In this document: positions 10,319 to 20,416 of the stretch, in pieces
Layout: each line of letters begins with the position of its first letter
Numbering within the stretch: the stretch's first letter is position 1
DNA from: a bacterium
GTDB lineage: Bacteria > Planctomycetota > JAFGQW01
NCBI GenBank assembly: GCA_030426805.1
Contig: JAUHXU010000001.1
Span: 605,584-669,583, forward strand
Length of the DNA: 64,000 nucleotides
Reading direction: 5' to 3'
Notes under the pieces: generated by a model
The model's database searches: none
Told to the model about the DNA's origin: nothing
The model's input: the letters and a program-made list of their open reading frames with translations, nothing else
Translations under genes and position numbers: made by a program

Positions 10319-10695
10319 TGGGTAGTCAAGCACGACGCGGTTCGAACGCGGATGCCCGAGAGACGCTGCGCGCGATCCCCGGACGAGCGGTCGTCAGCAA
10401 CCTGCCGGGACTCGATCGACTGATTCACGAGCGCATGCGCCTCGGGATCGTCAGTGCGCTGGCGGTCAACGAGTCGCTGACGTTCCACGACCTCAAGCTC
10501 ATGCTGAGCACGACCGACGGCAACCTGAGCGTGCATGCGCGCAAGCTCGAAGAGGCGCACTACATCGCGTGCAACAAGTTCTTCGACGGCCGCACGCCCC
10601 GCACCGAGTTCTCGCTGACGCCGTCGGGTCGCGACGCGCTGGATCGCTACCTCGACCACATGGAAGCGCTGATCAGCGCGACCAAGCGGGACTGA
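10318..10695 (+). CDS. Winged-helix transcriptional regulator (HTH_34/MarR-like)
   Basis: LDRLIHERMRLGIVSAL...TDGNLSVHARKLEEA...PRTEFSLTPSGR. Confidence 0.9.
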   Translation: MGSQARRGSNADARETLRAIPGRAVVSNLPGLDRLIHERMRLGIVSALAVNESLTFHDLKLMLSTTDGNLSVHARKLEEAHYIACNKFFDGRTPRTEFSLTPSGRDALDRYLDHMEALISATKRD

Positions 10696-10699
10696 TCGC

Positions 10700-11143
10700 T
10701 TGGACGATCCGTTTCTCGACGCCGCGATCGCGGAGGCGGAGGCGGGCGCGGCCGAGGGCGGCATCCCGATCGGCTCGGTATTGGTCCTCGACGGCGAGAT
10801 CGTCGGACGGGGGCACAACCGGCGAGTGCAACGCGGCAGCGCGATCCTCCACGCGGAGATGGACTGCCTCGAGAACGCCGGCCGCCTCACCGCCGACGAC
10901 TACCGTCGCACGACGCTCTACTCGACGCTGTCCCCGTGCGACATGTGCTCCGGCGCGGCGCTGCTCTACCGGATCCCGCGCATCGTGATCGGCGAGCATC
11001 GGACGTTTCGCGGACCGGAGCAGCGACTGCTCGATGCCGGCGTCGAACTCGACGTGCGCGACGACGCGCGGTGCATCGAGTTGATGCGCGCGTTCATCGC
11101 CCGCTCGCCGTCGCTGTGGAACGAAGACATCGGCGAACCGTAG
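10700..11143 (+). CDS. Cytosine/nucleoside deaminase (CDA superfamily, fungal FCY1-like)
   Basis: GGIPIGSVL, HAEMDCLENAG and STLSPCDMC zinc-binding motifs; ends WNEDIGE. Confidence 0.9.
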   Translation: MDDPFLDAAIAEAEAGAAEGGIPIGSVLVLDGEIVGRGHNRRVQRGSAILHAEMDCLENAGRLTADDYRRTTLYSTLSPCDMCSGAALLYRIPRIVIGEHRTFRGPEQRLLDAGVELDVRDDARCIELMRAFIARSPSLWNEDIGEP

Positions 11144-11147
11144 GGCA

Positions 11148-12329
11148 TCACGCGCGGGGCCGCATCAATCCCGCGGCGCCGACGAGCAGCACCGCCGCCG
11201 CGACGAACGTCCAGCGCACGTCGACGACCCGCGTGATCAGGCCGCCCAGCAACGGGCCGATCGCCATCGCGACCTGCAGCGCGGACTGCGTCACCCCGAA
11301 CGTCGCGCCCCGATCGGCGCGCGGCGCGAGTTGCCCGATCATCGCGTATGCGGCCGGCATGATGCCGGCGAGGAACACCCCGTGCACGACGCGCGCGACG
11401 GTCAGGCTCACCGCGCCCGTCGCGAACGCGTACGGCACGTAGAGCGCGGCGCCGACGAGCGCACACACGACGAACGTGCGGCGCGCGCCGATGCGGTCGG
11501 CACGTCGCCCCCACCACGGTGCGAGCAGCGGGATCGGCGCGACGACGGCGACGAACAACAAGCCGGTGACGGTGCTCCGATGCGCCGGCGGGTAGCCGCC
11601 GAGTTGCGCGAGGTGCACCGGCAGCGCGAGGTACATCATCGCGATCGACGCGCGGAAACAGACGAGCGCACCCAACGTCGTTCGCATCTGCGAACGCGCG
11701 AGTGCGGCGCGCACGTCGCGGCGCACCGCGCCGAGGATCGGGCCACGCTGCGCGCGCGGCGCGTCCGGCTCCCGCGCGACCAGCGCGACGACGACGAGTG
11801 CGGCCGCCGCGAGCACACCGCTCGTCACGAACACCGACGCGTGGTCGGTCCGGTCGCCGATCACGCCGCCCAGGGCCGGACCGATCGCGAGCCCGGCGAG
11901 CAGCGCCCCTTGCACGGCACCGAGCGTACGCCCCTGGCGCTCGTCCGGCGTCGACACGCTGACGAGCGTGTTGCCCGCCGCGATGAACCCCGCGAACAGC
12001 CCCTGCCCGGCGCTGAGTGCCCAGAGGTGCCACGGCTCGCGCGCCACCCCCATCAATCCGACGAACACGGCGATGCTCGCAAGGCAGCGCAGCAGCATCA
12101 CCTTGCGGCCGACCCGATCGGCGAGCGCGCCCCAGAACGGACCCGTGATCGCCGCGAGCAGCGGCGCGGTGCCGAGGATGAGCCCGGTCCACACGTTGCG
12201 CACCGGCGCATGCACGACGCCGAGTTCTTCGAGGTAGAACGGCACGAACGGGATGAACGCCGCAAGCGCCGTCCCGGCCAGCAGGTGGGAGACGGACACT
12301 GCGAGGAGATTGCGACGCTCGGTCGGCAT
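11148..12329 (-). CDS. MFS transporter (DHA1/MdtG-like)
   Basis: WGALADRVGRKVMLLR (motif A), GPALGG and WGRRADRIGAR; about 12 TM segments. Confidence 0.88.
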   Translation of the reverse strand: MPTERRNLLAVSVSHLLAGTALAAFIPFVPFYLEELGVVHAPVRNVWTGLILGTAPLLAAITGPFWGALADRVGRKVMLLRCLASIAVFVGLMGVAREPWHLWALSAGQGLFAGFIAAGNTLVSVSTPDERQGRTLGAVQGALLAGLAIGPALGGVIGDRTDHASVFVTSGVLAAAALVVVALVAREPDAPRAQRGPILGAVRRDVRAALARSQMRTTLGALVCFRASIAMMYLALPVHLAQLGGYPPAHRSTVTGLLFVAVVAPIPLLAPWWGRRADRIGARRTFVVCALVGAALYVPYAFATGAVSLTVARVVHGVFLAGIMPAAYAMIGQLAPRADRGATFGVTQSALQVAMAIGPLLGGLITRVVDVRWTFVAAAVLLVGAAGLMRPRA

Positions 12330-12434
12330 GAGACTCCGTATAGCGCGTTTCACGGACATCCGAAAAAACCCCCGACCGGCGGCGCTCGAGCCCCGTCTAA
12401 CGCGGCGAACACCCGAGGGAGCGCCACGACGGGC

Positions 12435-12986
12435 ATGGACGACCGAATCGACCGACAGCTGATCCAGCGCCATCAGGCGGGCGATCCGGCGGCATTCGAG
12501 GTGCTCGTGACGCGCTGGAACGACCGGCTGGTCGATCTCGCGTTCCGGCTGACGGGCGACGCCGAAGAGGCGCGCGACATTCGCCAACTCGCGCTGCTCC
12601 GGACGTCGCGGGCGCTCGATCGCTTCAATCCGGCCGCGCCGTTCTCGACGTGGATCTATCGCGTCGTCGCGAACCTGAGCATCGATCGGCGTCGCGCCGA
12701 CGACGCGCGGCGACGCCACGAGACGAGTGCCGCGAGCCGGCGCGGCTCGATCGCCGAGCCGCTCGACGAGTCGCGCCGCGAAGTGCACGACACGGTCGCG
12801 CAGGCCGTCGCGGCGCTGACCGCCGGCGACCGGATCGTCGTCGCGCTGAAACACTACCAAGGCCTCACGTTCGACGAGATCGCGCGGGTGCTCGATTGCC
12901 CGCCATCGACGGTGAAGACCCGGATGGCACGGGCGCTCGCAGCGCTGCGGCCGCGGCTCGCTCGGATTCGCCCTGACGAGGAGTGA
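12435..12986 (+). CDS. ECF sigma-70 factor
   Basis: GDPAAFEVLV, FSTWIYRVVANLSID and region 4 GLTFDEIARVLDCPPSTVKTRMARA. Confidence 0.92.
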   Translation: MDDRIDRQLIQRHQAGDPAAFEVLVTRWNDRLVDLAFRLTGDAEEARDIRQLALLRTSRALDRFNPAAPFSTWIYRVVANLSIDRRRADDARRRHETSAASRRGSIAEPLDESRREVHDTVAQAVAALTAGDRIVVALKHYQGLTFDEIARVLDCPPSTVKTRMARALAALRPRLARIRPDEE

Positions 12987-12989
12987 ACG

Positions 12990-13685
12990 ATGGACTGTGA
13001 ACAACTCCGCGAAGCGATGACCGCCTACCTCTACGACGAGACGACGGACGGCGAGCGCGTCGCCGTCGAAGCCCACCTCGCGACGTGCGTCGCCTGCCGC
13101 GAGCGCCTCGAAGACGATCGCGAGACGCTGCGCCGGCTCGACGGTTGGTCGATGCCGACGGTGGTCGCACCGGCGATCGCACCGCGGCGGCAGCCCCCCT
13201 CTCGCTGGCGCGCGCCACTCGCCGGTGCGGCGGCCGCGGCGGCGGTGTTCGCCGCGCTCGCCTGGATCGGCACGCGCGCGGAGTGGCGCGACGGACGCGT
13301 CTCGATCACGTTCGGTCGTGGCGCCGCGCCGGCGACGATCGCCGAGGACGTGCGCGCCGCGGGCCTGCGTCCGCTGGTCGAGGTCGTCGCCCGCGAACAA
13401 GTCGACGGGCGCATGCGCTCCCTCGCCCGCGCGTTCGACGCCGTGCTGCTCGAAGAAGAGGATCGGCGCGAAGAACGACTGCTCACGCTCGTCGCTACAC
13501 TCGAGCGCCAACAGGCGCGCACGAGGCGGCTGCTCGTCAATCGACTCGACCGCCTCGGACTGAACGATCGACTGCGCCGCGACTTCCAGGACACCGAACT
13601 CGACGACGCCGCCCGCGAGTGGGAACGCCTCGCGGACGACCCGAACCGCACCCCGACGACGAACCGAAAGGACTCGATCCGATGA
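12990..13685 (+). CDS. Zinc-finger (zf-HC2/ZAS) anti-sigma factor
   Basis: MDC...AYLYDE...HLATCVAC (HxxxCxxC), then one TM segment; directly follows the ECF gene. Confidence 0.88.
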   Translation: MDCEQLREAMTAYLYDETTDGERVAVEAHLATCVACRERLEDDRETLRRLDGWSMPTVVAPAIAPRRQPPSRWRAPLAGAAAAAAVFAALAWIGTRAEWRDGRVSITFGRGAAPATIAEDVRAAGLRPLVEVVAREQVDGRMRSLARAFDAVLLEEEDRREERLLTLVATLERQQARTRRLLVNRLDRLGLNDRLRRDFQDTELDDAAREWERLADDPNRTPTTNRKDSIR

Positions 13686-14434
13686 TCCGCCACACCATCC
13701 GCCGCACGACTGCCCCACTCGCGCTCGCGTGCCTGCTCGCCGCAGGCCTCGCCGCCCAGGAGACGAACGGCCGCAAGGGCAGCAACGGCGACGCCGGCGT
13801 CGCCGTCGACTACACCGCGCGTGACGACGACGACAACGCAGCGCTCGCCGAGGAGATCGAGATCATGCGACGGGTGCTGATCCGGTCGCTCCTCCGCGAG
13901 GATCTCGAAAACAAGGGACAGGACGCACTGACGCAGTTCCAGCGCGCGGCGGCGAAGCAGAGCGTCTACCACGTGAACGGCGGCGCGGTCGCGTCGAACG
14001 GTTTCTACCTGCCGGGCGTCGGCGTGATCTACCCGATCACCGTTCGCGTCAAGACGCGCAACGTCGTCGACAAGCCGAAGGACGGCGACAAGGATGCGTG
14101 GGACATCGCGAAGCGATCGCTCGACAGCCGGGCCGGCCTCTTCGAGGAGCACCTGATGCGCGGTGCGACGCGCACCCGTCGCGTGATCGACGAGTCGTCG
14201 GTCGACCGGTCCGTCGACACACTCTTGCGGGCGCTCGCGACGCATACGGTCCGCATGGAGCACCTGCCCGACAACGAGTCGATCGTGCTCGCCCTGGAAC
14301 TGAAGCCCGATCGCCGCGGCAGCGGGCGCTTCAAGACGCGCCTCGTGCTGCGCCTCTCGAAGCGGGCACTGATCGAGAGCGGCAAGCCCGGCGGCCCCGA
14401 CGCCCGCGTCGCGGCCCGCGAGATCCGCTACTGA
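13682..14434 (+). CDS. Secreted hypothetical protein in the ECF operon
   Basis: ATGA overlap with the anti-sigma gene; signal peptide ending LAAQ; GFYLPGVGVIY segment. Confidence 0.7.
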   Translation: MIRHTIRRTTAPLALACLLAAGLAAQETNGRKGSNGDAGVAVDYTARDDDDNAALAEEIEIMRRVLIRSLLREDLENKGQDALTQFQRAAAKQSVYHVNGGAVASNGFYLPGVGVIYPITVRVKTRNVVDKPKDGDKDAWDIAKRSLDSRAGLFEEHLMRGATRTRRVIDESSVDRSVDTLLRALATHTVRMEHLPDNESIVLALELKPDRRGSGRFKTRLVLRLSKRALIESGKPGGPDARVAAREIRY

Positions 14435-14555
14435 TCGAACCCGTCGCGCACGGACTCGCTGACCGCACGTCTCGCAACGACACGTCGCGCGACCGGCCGA
14501 CCGTTGACCGGCCGGTCGGTCGCCGATAGTCTCGGGGCAGATGGGAGCATGGACA

Positions 14556-15503
14556 ATGAAGCGACTCTGGATCGCGGCGTGTGCCGCATGCATCGCAGCG
14601 GCGACCCCGGCACAGAATCTGGTGACCAACGGTGATTTCGCCAACGGCCAGACCGGCTGGACGCAGGTCTCCTTCAACGACCCGCTCGGCACGACCGGGG
14701 TTCGCACCGCCGACGTCAACGGCAACTCGGAGTCGAGCATGGCGCTCTACGCCGACTTCAAGACGTTGACGCCCGTCATGTCGGCGGCCTACTCGAACAC
14801 CCCGTTCACGGCGGCCGCGGGGACCTACCCGTTCACCCTCGACATCAGCTGGGAGAAGCAAGTCACGACGCCGATTCCGTCGCCGAGCGTGAATCGCGTC
14901 GAGATCCGCCTCTACGACAACAACGTCACGCCACCGACGATGCTCACGTCGCAACGCCAGACGGTGCCGAGCCAGACCGGACTGATCGAACGCGCGACGC
15001 TGCAGGGCTCGTTCACGATCCCGTCAGCGGGCAGCTACTACATCGAGCTGTTCCTGCGCCACTCGAACTTGGCGGGTATTCCGTTCATCTGCAACGTCGA
15101 CGATGTCGCGCTCGCCGCCTACGGGGCAACGATCAACGCGACCGGCTCGGCGCGCGTCGGCGGCACGACGACGTTCAATCTCGTCGCACCGGCGGCGGCG
15201 AACAAGCCGTTCCAGGTTGCGTCGGCGTTCAGCCCGGGCCCGATCCCGGTGGGTGGCCGTTTCGTCGGCCTCCGACCGGACACGCTGTTCTCGCTGTCGG
15301 TCAGCGGCGCGCTGCCGAACACGTTCTTCAACTACGCGGGAATCCTCGACAACGCCGGTGTCGGGTCGGCGCAGCTTCGCATTCCGCGACTCGCGCCGAT
15401 CGTCGGCAACCCGATCCACACCGCGTTCGTGACGATCGACACCGGCTCGCCGAACAACATCCAGACGATCTCCAACACCTGGTCCTTCACGATCCAGCCG
15501 TGA
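14556..15503 (+). CDS. Secreted protein: CBM4/9-like jelly-roll plus shared C-terminal domain
   Basis: Signal peptide; NLVTNGDFANGQTGW start and VDDVAL end typical of galactose-binding-like folds; last ~125 aa resemble other C-termini in the window. Confidence 0.7.
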   Translation: MKRLWIAACAACIAAATPAQNLVTNGDFANGQTGWTQVSFNDPLGTTGVRTADVNGNSESSMALYADFKTLTPVMSAAYSNTPFTAAAGTYPFTLDISWEKQVTTPIPSPSVNRVEIRLYDNNVTPPTMLTSQRQTVPSQTGLIERATLQGSFTIPSAGSYYIELFLRHSNLAGIPFICNVDDVALAAYGATINATGSARVGGTTTFNLVAPAAANKPFQVASAFSPGPIPVGGRFVGLRPDTLFSLSVSGALPNTFFNYAGILDNAGVGSAQLRIPRLAPIVGNPIHTAFVTIDTGSPNNIQTISNTWSFTIQP

Positions 15504-15547
15504 GACCGTCCTTGCCGTAGGCAGCCGGATGGCGCATCGTTTCCGCG

Positions 15548-16195
15548 ATGCGCCCCAACGCCCTCCTCCTCGATCTCGACGGCACCCTGCTCGACTCGGT
15601 CGCGCTGATCCTCGCGTCGTATCGCCATACGTTCGCCGTCCACGGCTGTGACGCGGTCGACGACGCGGTGCTCGCGCCGGAACTCGGCACGCCATTGGCC
15701 GTCGTGCTCGCACGCTTTGCGACCGACGCCGACGCGGTGCCGGCGATGGTCGACACCTATCGCGATCACAACCGGGCGCACCACGACGCGATGGTGCAGG
15801 CATACGACGGCATGCCGGCAGTCGTCGAGGCCGCGGCCGAAGCCGGCCTCGCACTCGGCATCGTCACGAACAAGTCCGGGGCCGCGGCGCTGCAGGGGCT
15901 CGACGTGCTCGGCGTCCGCCGGCACTTCGCGACCGTCGTCAGCGCCGACGACGTGGATCGCCACAAGCCAGATCCCGAGCCGGTGCTCCGTGCCCTCGAT
16001 GCGCTCGACGTCACACCCGACCGAGCCGTATTCATCGGCGATTCCCCGCACGACCTCGATGCCGGCGCCGCCGCGGGTGTCCCGACCGGAGCCGCGCTCT
16101 GGGGGCCCTTTCCGCGGACCGCGCTGGAGCCACGCCGCCCGGCCTGGTGGTTCGAGCACCCGTCGGAGGTCCTCGGGGCGATCGGCCTCGCGTAA
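15548..16195 (+). CDS. HAD-IA hydrolase (PpaX/phosphoglycolate phosphatase-like)
   Basis: DLDGTLLDS, VTNK, KPDPEP and IGDSPHD motifs. Confidence 0.9.
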   Translation: MRPNALLLDLDGTLLDSVALILASYRHTFAVHGCDAVDDAVLAPELGTPLAVVLARFATDADAVPAMVDTYRDHNRAHHDAMVQAYDGMPAVVEAAAEAGLALGIVTNKSGAAALQGLDVLGVRRHFATVVSADDVDRHKPDPEPVLRALDALDVTPDRAVFIGDSPHDLDAGAAAGVPTGAALWGPFPRTALEPRRPAWWFEHPSEVLGAIGLA

Positions 16196-16227
16196 CGGCA
16201 CGCGAGGGGCCTGGTAGACTGGGGGCG

Positions 16228-18924
16228 ATGCCACGCCACGTCCCACTCCTCGCCGCCGCTCTCGCCCTCGTCGCCCTCGCGCTGTGGTGGTTGTCGGGGG
16301 ACGATCCGGCACCGGCCCCGACACCGCAGGCCCCGCCCGCCGCCGAAGCACCGGACCGGGCAGCCCCGCGACCGAAACCGGCACCGAGGCCAGCACGGGC
16401 ACCCGACACGCAGCCCACACCCCGGCCGGACGAGTCGACGCGGCCGGCGGCAGCGCCCGCCGAGCACCGCTCCGAGGCGTTCGGCACGGTGCGCACGCCG
16501 AAGGGCGAGCCGATCCACGGCGCCCACGTCGCGGCGATCCACGCCGGTCGCGTGCTCCGCCACACGACGACCGACACCGACGGCCGCTACGACCTCGGCT
16601 CGTTTCCCGACGTCGACGCCGCGCAGAAGCGCCCGCTCCCTATGGGATTGCCGGCACAGTTCCGCTTGTTCGCGAAGGCGCCCGGACGAGCGACCGTCGC
16701 CGAAGCGATTCGCCCCGGTGGCCCGACCGACTTCGTCTTGCCGGCCTCGACGGTGATCGTCGGCCACTTCGTGCGGGCCGATGGCGCACCGCTGTCCGCC
16801 TTCCCTGTGGACGTTCGCCCGGTGCCGATCATCGCCGGCTCGCCCAAGCGGATCGAGACCGACTCGACGGGCGGATTCCGTGTCGAGGTCGGCCCCGGCG
16901 AGTGGCACATCGACGGTCATGCGCCCGGCTGTTTTCACGACCGCACGGTCGTCGCCGCGGTCGCCGGCCGCGAGACCGTGGTGACGATTCGGCTCGACCC
17001 GACGATCCGCGTCACCGGCCGCGTGATCGACTCGGTGACCCGCGAGCCGGTCCCGGACGCCGGCGTCGTGATGCGCTACGATCGCGTCCACACCGACGCG
17101 GAGGGCCGGTTCGCGTTCGCCGACGTGCCGACGCGCCGCATCGACACGACGTCGTTGATCGGTCAACTCAGCGTTCACGCCGATGGCTACGCGGTCCACA
17201 CGCGCTCCCCACCGGTCGCGCCGGGCGGGGACCTCGACCTCGAGATCCCGATCGACCGCTATGCGTCGATCGACGGCCGCCTCGTCGGCGACGACGGCGC
17301 CGCGATCGCCGACGCGCCGGTCGTGCTGCGGTCGGCGCGGCGCGGCCCCGACGCGACGACCGATGGCCAGGGACGCTTCCGGATCGAACGCTGTCCGCCG
17401 GGGGCGTGGCAACTCACCACGCAGGTCCCGGGACACGCCCCCTATCGCTCGGCGGTTTTCACCCTCGCACCGGGAGAAACGCGCACGACGGTCTGCTCGC
17501 TCCGCGCCGGCGCGCGTCTCGCGATCACCGTGCGCGACGAAGCCGGCGAACCGATCTGGCGGGCCGGCGTCAACGCGATCCCGCTCGCCAGCACCGGCGG
17601 CGAACCGCGACGAGGGCGCACCCGCGCCGATGGCGTCGCAACATTCGACACGCTCGCGCCGGGCGCCGACTACCGCATCATCGTCGAGGCGAACGGCTAC
17701 GAAGCGCGGACGACCATCCTGCGCGCCGAGGCCGAACCGTCCGTATTCGACGTCACGCTTCGCGCCGGCGCGCCGCTGCGCGGTCGCGTGCTCGGCGTGA
17801 GTGCGGCATCGACCGGCGACGTACGCGTCGAAGCGCGGCCGTTCGCGACGCGACGCGACTTCCTGCTGAACCGCCCGCGGACTGCGCCCGTGGCGGAGGA
17901 CGGGACGTTCGCGTTCGATCGCCTCGCCCCCGGCCGCTGGGTGCTGTCGCTCGTCACGAAGGCAAAGCGCTCGCTCGTCGATGCCGAGCCGACGGTCGCC
18001 ACGGCGGGCGACGACGTCGCACTCCGCGCACGCGTCTACGCACCGTTGGCGATCGAAGGGGTCGTCGTCGACGCGGCGGACGGCAGCCCGGTCACCGAGC
18101 GCACGCTCTTTCTGACGCGGCTCGACGGGGAGACGCGCGCGCACGACGGCGTCGGCCGGTCACGCGCGACACCCGACGGCGGCTTCCAGCTGCGCGATCT
18201 CGCTGCGGGCACCTATGCGCTCGCCGCCAAGACGCGCGACGGACGGGTCACGGCCGCGCCGGTCCGCGTCGTGCTTCGACCCGGCGACCAGCCGGCCCAC
18301 GTGCGCCTCGTCGTCGACCGACTGCCGGTCGCGACGATCCGCGGGCGCGTCACGCGGCCCGGTGGCGAGCCGGTCGATCGCGGCGAGCACCCGATCGAGG
18401 TCCACGCGGTCGCGCAGGACACGGCGCAGCCGCTGCGCGTCCACAGCAACACCGACGCGACCGGTGCGTTCGCCGTCGAGTTGCCCCTCGGACGGACCTT
18501 CCGGCTGGTCGCGCGCCATCCCGAGTGGACGGGCGTCCCGGCCGTCGTGACACCGAGCGGGGACGACGCGCCGGTCGAACTCACGCTGCGGACCGCCGGC
18601 GCGGGCCTCCGCTGCACGCTCCTCGACAGCGACGGCGACCCGCTCGCCCGCGTCCGCGTCGACGTGCGCGATGCCCACGGTTCGCGCGTGACGCCGCGGC
18701 AATGGCTCGGGATGCGCGCCGCGTGGCGCGCTCACCGCGCGGGCGAGAGCCACCGCGCGCGCGAGGCGATCCTCGCCGGCACGATCACCGACGACCGCGG
18801 TCGCTTCGAGCGCGCGGGGCTCGAGCCCGGTGACTACACGCTGTGTGTGGCCGGCTTCCGTCCCGAGCCGATTCGCGTCGACACCGGCGCGCAATCCCGC
18901 ACGATCCGACTCCGGCCGCGGTGA
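16228..18924 (+). CDS. Membrane-anchored carboxypeptidase regulatory-like repeat protein
   Basis: N-terminal TM segment, Pro-rich linker, then repeated TDxxGRF/Y Ig-like units. Confidence 0.78.
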   Translation: MPRHVPLLAAALALVALALWWLSGDDPAPAPTPQAPPAAEAPDRAAPRPKPAPRPARAPDTQPTPRPDESTRPAAAPAEHRSEAFGTVRTPKGEPIHGAHVAAIHAGRVLRHTTTDTDGRYDLGSFPDVDAAQKRPLPMGLPAQFRLFAKAPGRATVAEAIRPGGPTDFVLPASTVIVGHFVRADGAPLSAFPVDVRPVPIIAGSPKRIETDSTGGFRVEVGPGEWHIDGHAPGCFHDRTVVAAVAGRETVVTIRLDPTIRVTGRVIDSVTREPVPDAGVVMRYDRVHTDAEGRFAFADVPTRRIDTTSLIGQLSVHADGYAVHTRSPPVAPGGDLDLEIPIDRYASIDGRLVGDDGAAIADAPVVLRSARRGPDATTDGQGRFRIERCPPGAWQLTTQVPGHAPYRSAVFTLAPGETRTTVCSLRAGARLAITVRDEAGEPIWRAGVNAIPLASTGGEPRRGRTRADGVATFDTLAPGADYRIIVEANGYEARTTILRAEAEPSVFDVTLRAGAPLRGRVLGVSAASTGDVRVEARPFATRRDFLLNRPRTAPVAEDGTFAFDRLAPGRWVLSLVTKAKRSLVDAEPTVATAGDDVALRARVYAPLAIEGVVVDAADGSPVTERTLFLTRLDGETRAHDGVGRSRATPDGGFQLRDLAAGTYALAAKTRDGRVTAAPVRVVLRPGDQPAHVRLVVDRLPVATIRGRVTRPGGEPVDRGEHPIEVHAVAQDTAQPLRVHSNTDATGAFAVELPLGRTFRLVARHPEWTGVPAVVTPSGDDAPVELTLRTAGAGLRCTLLDSDGDPLARVRVDVRDAHGSRVTPRQWLGMRAAWRAHRAGESHRAREAILAGTITDDRGRFERAGLEPGDYTLCVAGFRPEPIRVDTGAQSRTIRLRPR

Positions 18925-18925
18925 C

Positions 18926-20329
18926 CTACTCGATCTCGATGCGTAGCGAGTCGTAGATGTGGATCGGCGCGGTCAACGCGATCGCGCCCGCCCAGAACCG
19001 GACGCCGACCAGTCCCGACGCGGCAGGGATCGCCACGGTCGCGGTCGCCGTGCCGCTGCCGTCCAGGACGCCGTCCATCGCCTGGAACACGCCGGGCAGC
19101 GAGCCGGACAGGAAGAACAGCGCATCGGGCGCGAGCGGCACCGTGCCGGCGCCCGGCAACGGAATCCCCGGTGCGCGCGCGAACGCGCAGCGCACCGCGT
19201 ACGGCACCGACGGGCGCGCCGGATCGTCGAGGACGAGGGCGATCGACTGCCCGTTCTTCGGGGTGCCCGAGCGCGTGAGCCCGTCCCGCCACAGCCACAC
19301 CTCGTGGTCGGCCTGCGGGTTGCCGCCGCCGACGTTGTAGCGGTGCGCATACGCGAGGACGGTGCCGTCGCCGTTGATCGTCAGGCTGTCGTTCGGGCTG
19401 CCGACCGTGAGCCCGAGGCCGGTCGTCGCGGGCCGCAGGCCGGAGCCGTCGAAGTGCGCGACGTAGAGGTTGTCGCTCGTGTTCGTGTTGCCGCGCCGCG
19501 ACTTCCACGCGATGCGCTGGCCGTCGGACGAGAGCCAGACGCGCCGGTCCCGCCCGTTCGGCCACATCGACGCGTTGACGAGGTTCGTGCCGTCGGTGCG
19601 GACCGTGTAGATCTCCTCTTCTCCGGTCCCGGTGCCCTCGAACGCGCAGATCGTCGCGTCGCGATCGAGTCGCGGATACTGGATCGCGCCGCGCGTGAAT
19701 GCGGTCAGCGTCGTCGCCGACGAACCGTCGATGTTCGCGAGCCACACCTGATCGACGTTTGCAGCGTCTCGGCGGACGAACGCCACTTTCGTCCCGTCGC
19801 CACTGACGCAGCCGGTGACGAACCCGCCGGTGGCGTTGCTCACGTTGACCTGCTGTCCCGTGTTGATGTCGAGCACCTCGAAGTCGTAGCGGTTGTTCGC
19901 GGTGTCGAACGTCGTGTAGCCGATGTAGCGGCCGTCGCGCGACAGCGTCAGCCCGGTGTTCGCGCGCTTCGTGCCGGACAGCGTCGAGATCGGCTGGGCG
20001 GTCCCTCCGCCGGTCGGGATGATCCACACCTGCTGACCGGAGATGAATGCGAGCACGCGGCCGTCGCCGCTCATCGCGAGCGCGTACGGGATCGTCGCGG
20101 CACCGCCGGTCGTGAGTTGCTTCGGGCTCGGCGTCGCGGTCTGTGTCGAGAAGACCTCGAACGCGAAGTTCACCTCGCCCACCCACGCGAGCCACGATCC
20201 GTCGTCGCTCAGCACCGGGTAGTAGTCGTTCTGCGTGCCGCCGTTCATCGTGACCTGGGTCGACCGCTGGGCGGAAACCGCGCCCGCGAGCGCGGCCGCG
20301 AGCAGCATCGCGCCGATGAATCGTCGCAT
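18926..20329 (-). CDS. Secreted TolB/PD40-like beta-propeller plus shared C-terminal domain
   Basis: Signal peptide MRRFIGAMLL...VSAQ; repeats LSDDGSWLAW, SGDGRVLAF, SRDGRYIGY, SGDGTKVAF, SSDGQRIAW. Confidence 0.8.
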   Translation of the reverse strand: MRRFIGAMLLAAALAGAVSAQRSTQVTMNGGTQNDYYPVLSDDGSWLAWVGEVNFAFEVFSTQTATPSPKQLTTGGAATIPYALAMSGDGRVLAFISGQQVWIIPTGGGTAQPISTLSGTKRANTGLTLSRDGRYIGYTTFDTANNRYDFEVLDINTGQQVNVSNATGGFVTGCVSGDGTKVAFVRRDAANVDQVWLANIDGSSATTLTAFTRGAIQYPRLDRDATICAFEGTGTGEEEIYTVRTDGTNLVNASMWPNGRDRRVWLSSDGQRIAWKSRRGNTNTSDNLYVAHFDGSGLRPATTGLGLTVGSPNDSLTINGDGTVLAYAHRYNVGGGNPQADHEVWLWRDGLTRSGTPKNGQSIALVLDDPARPSVPYAVRCAFARAPGIPLPGAGTVPLAPDALFFLSGSLPGVFQAMDGVLDGSGTATATVAIPAASGLVGVRFWAGAIALTAPIHIYDSLRIEIE

Positions 20330-20416
20330 CGAATGCCTCCTCATCCTCCCCGCTCCCGCCGCTTCGCCGGCAATTGTCGCGCACCCGGTGGCGGGCGACA
20401 ATCCCCTGCCGACCGG

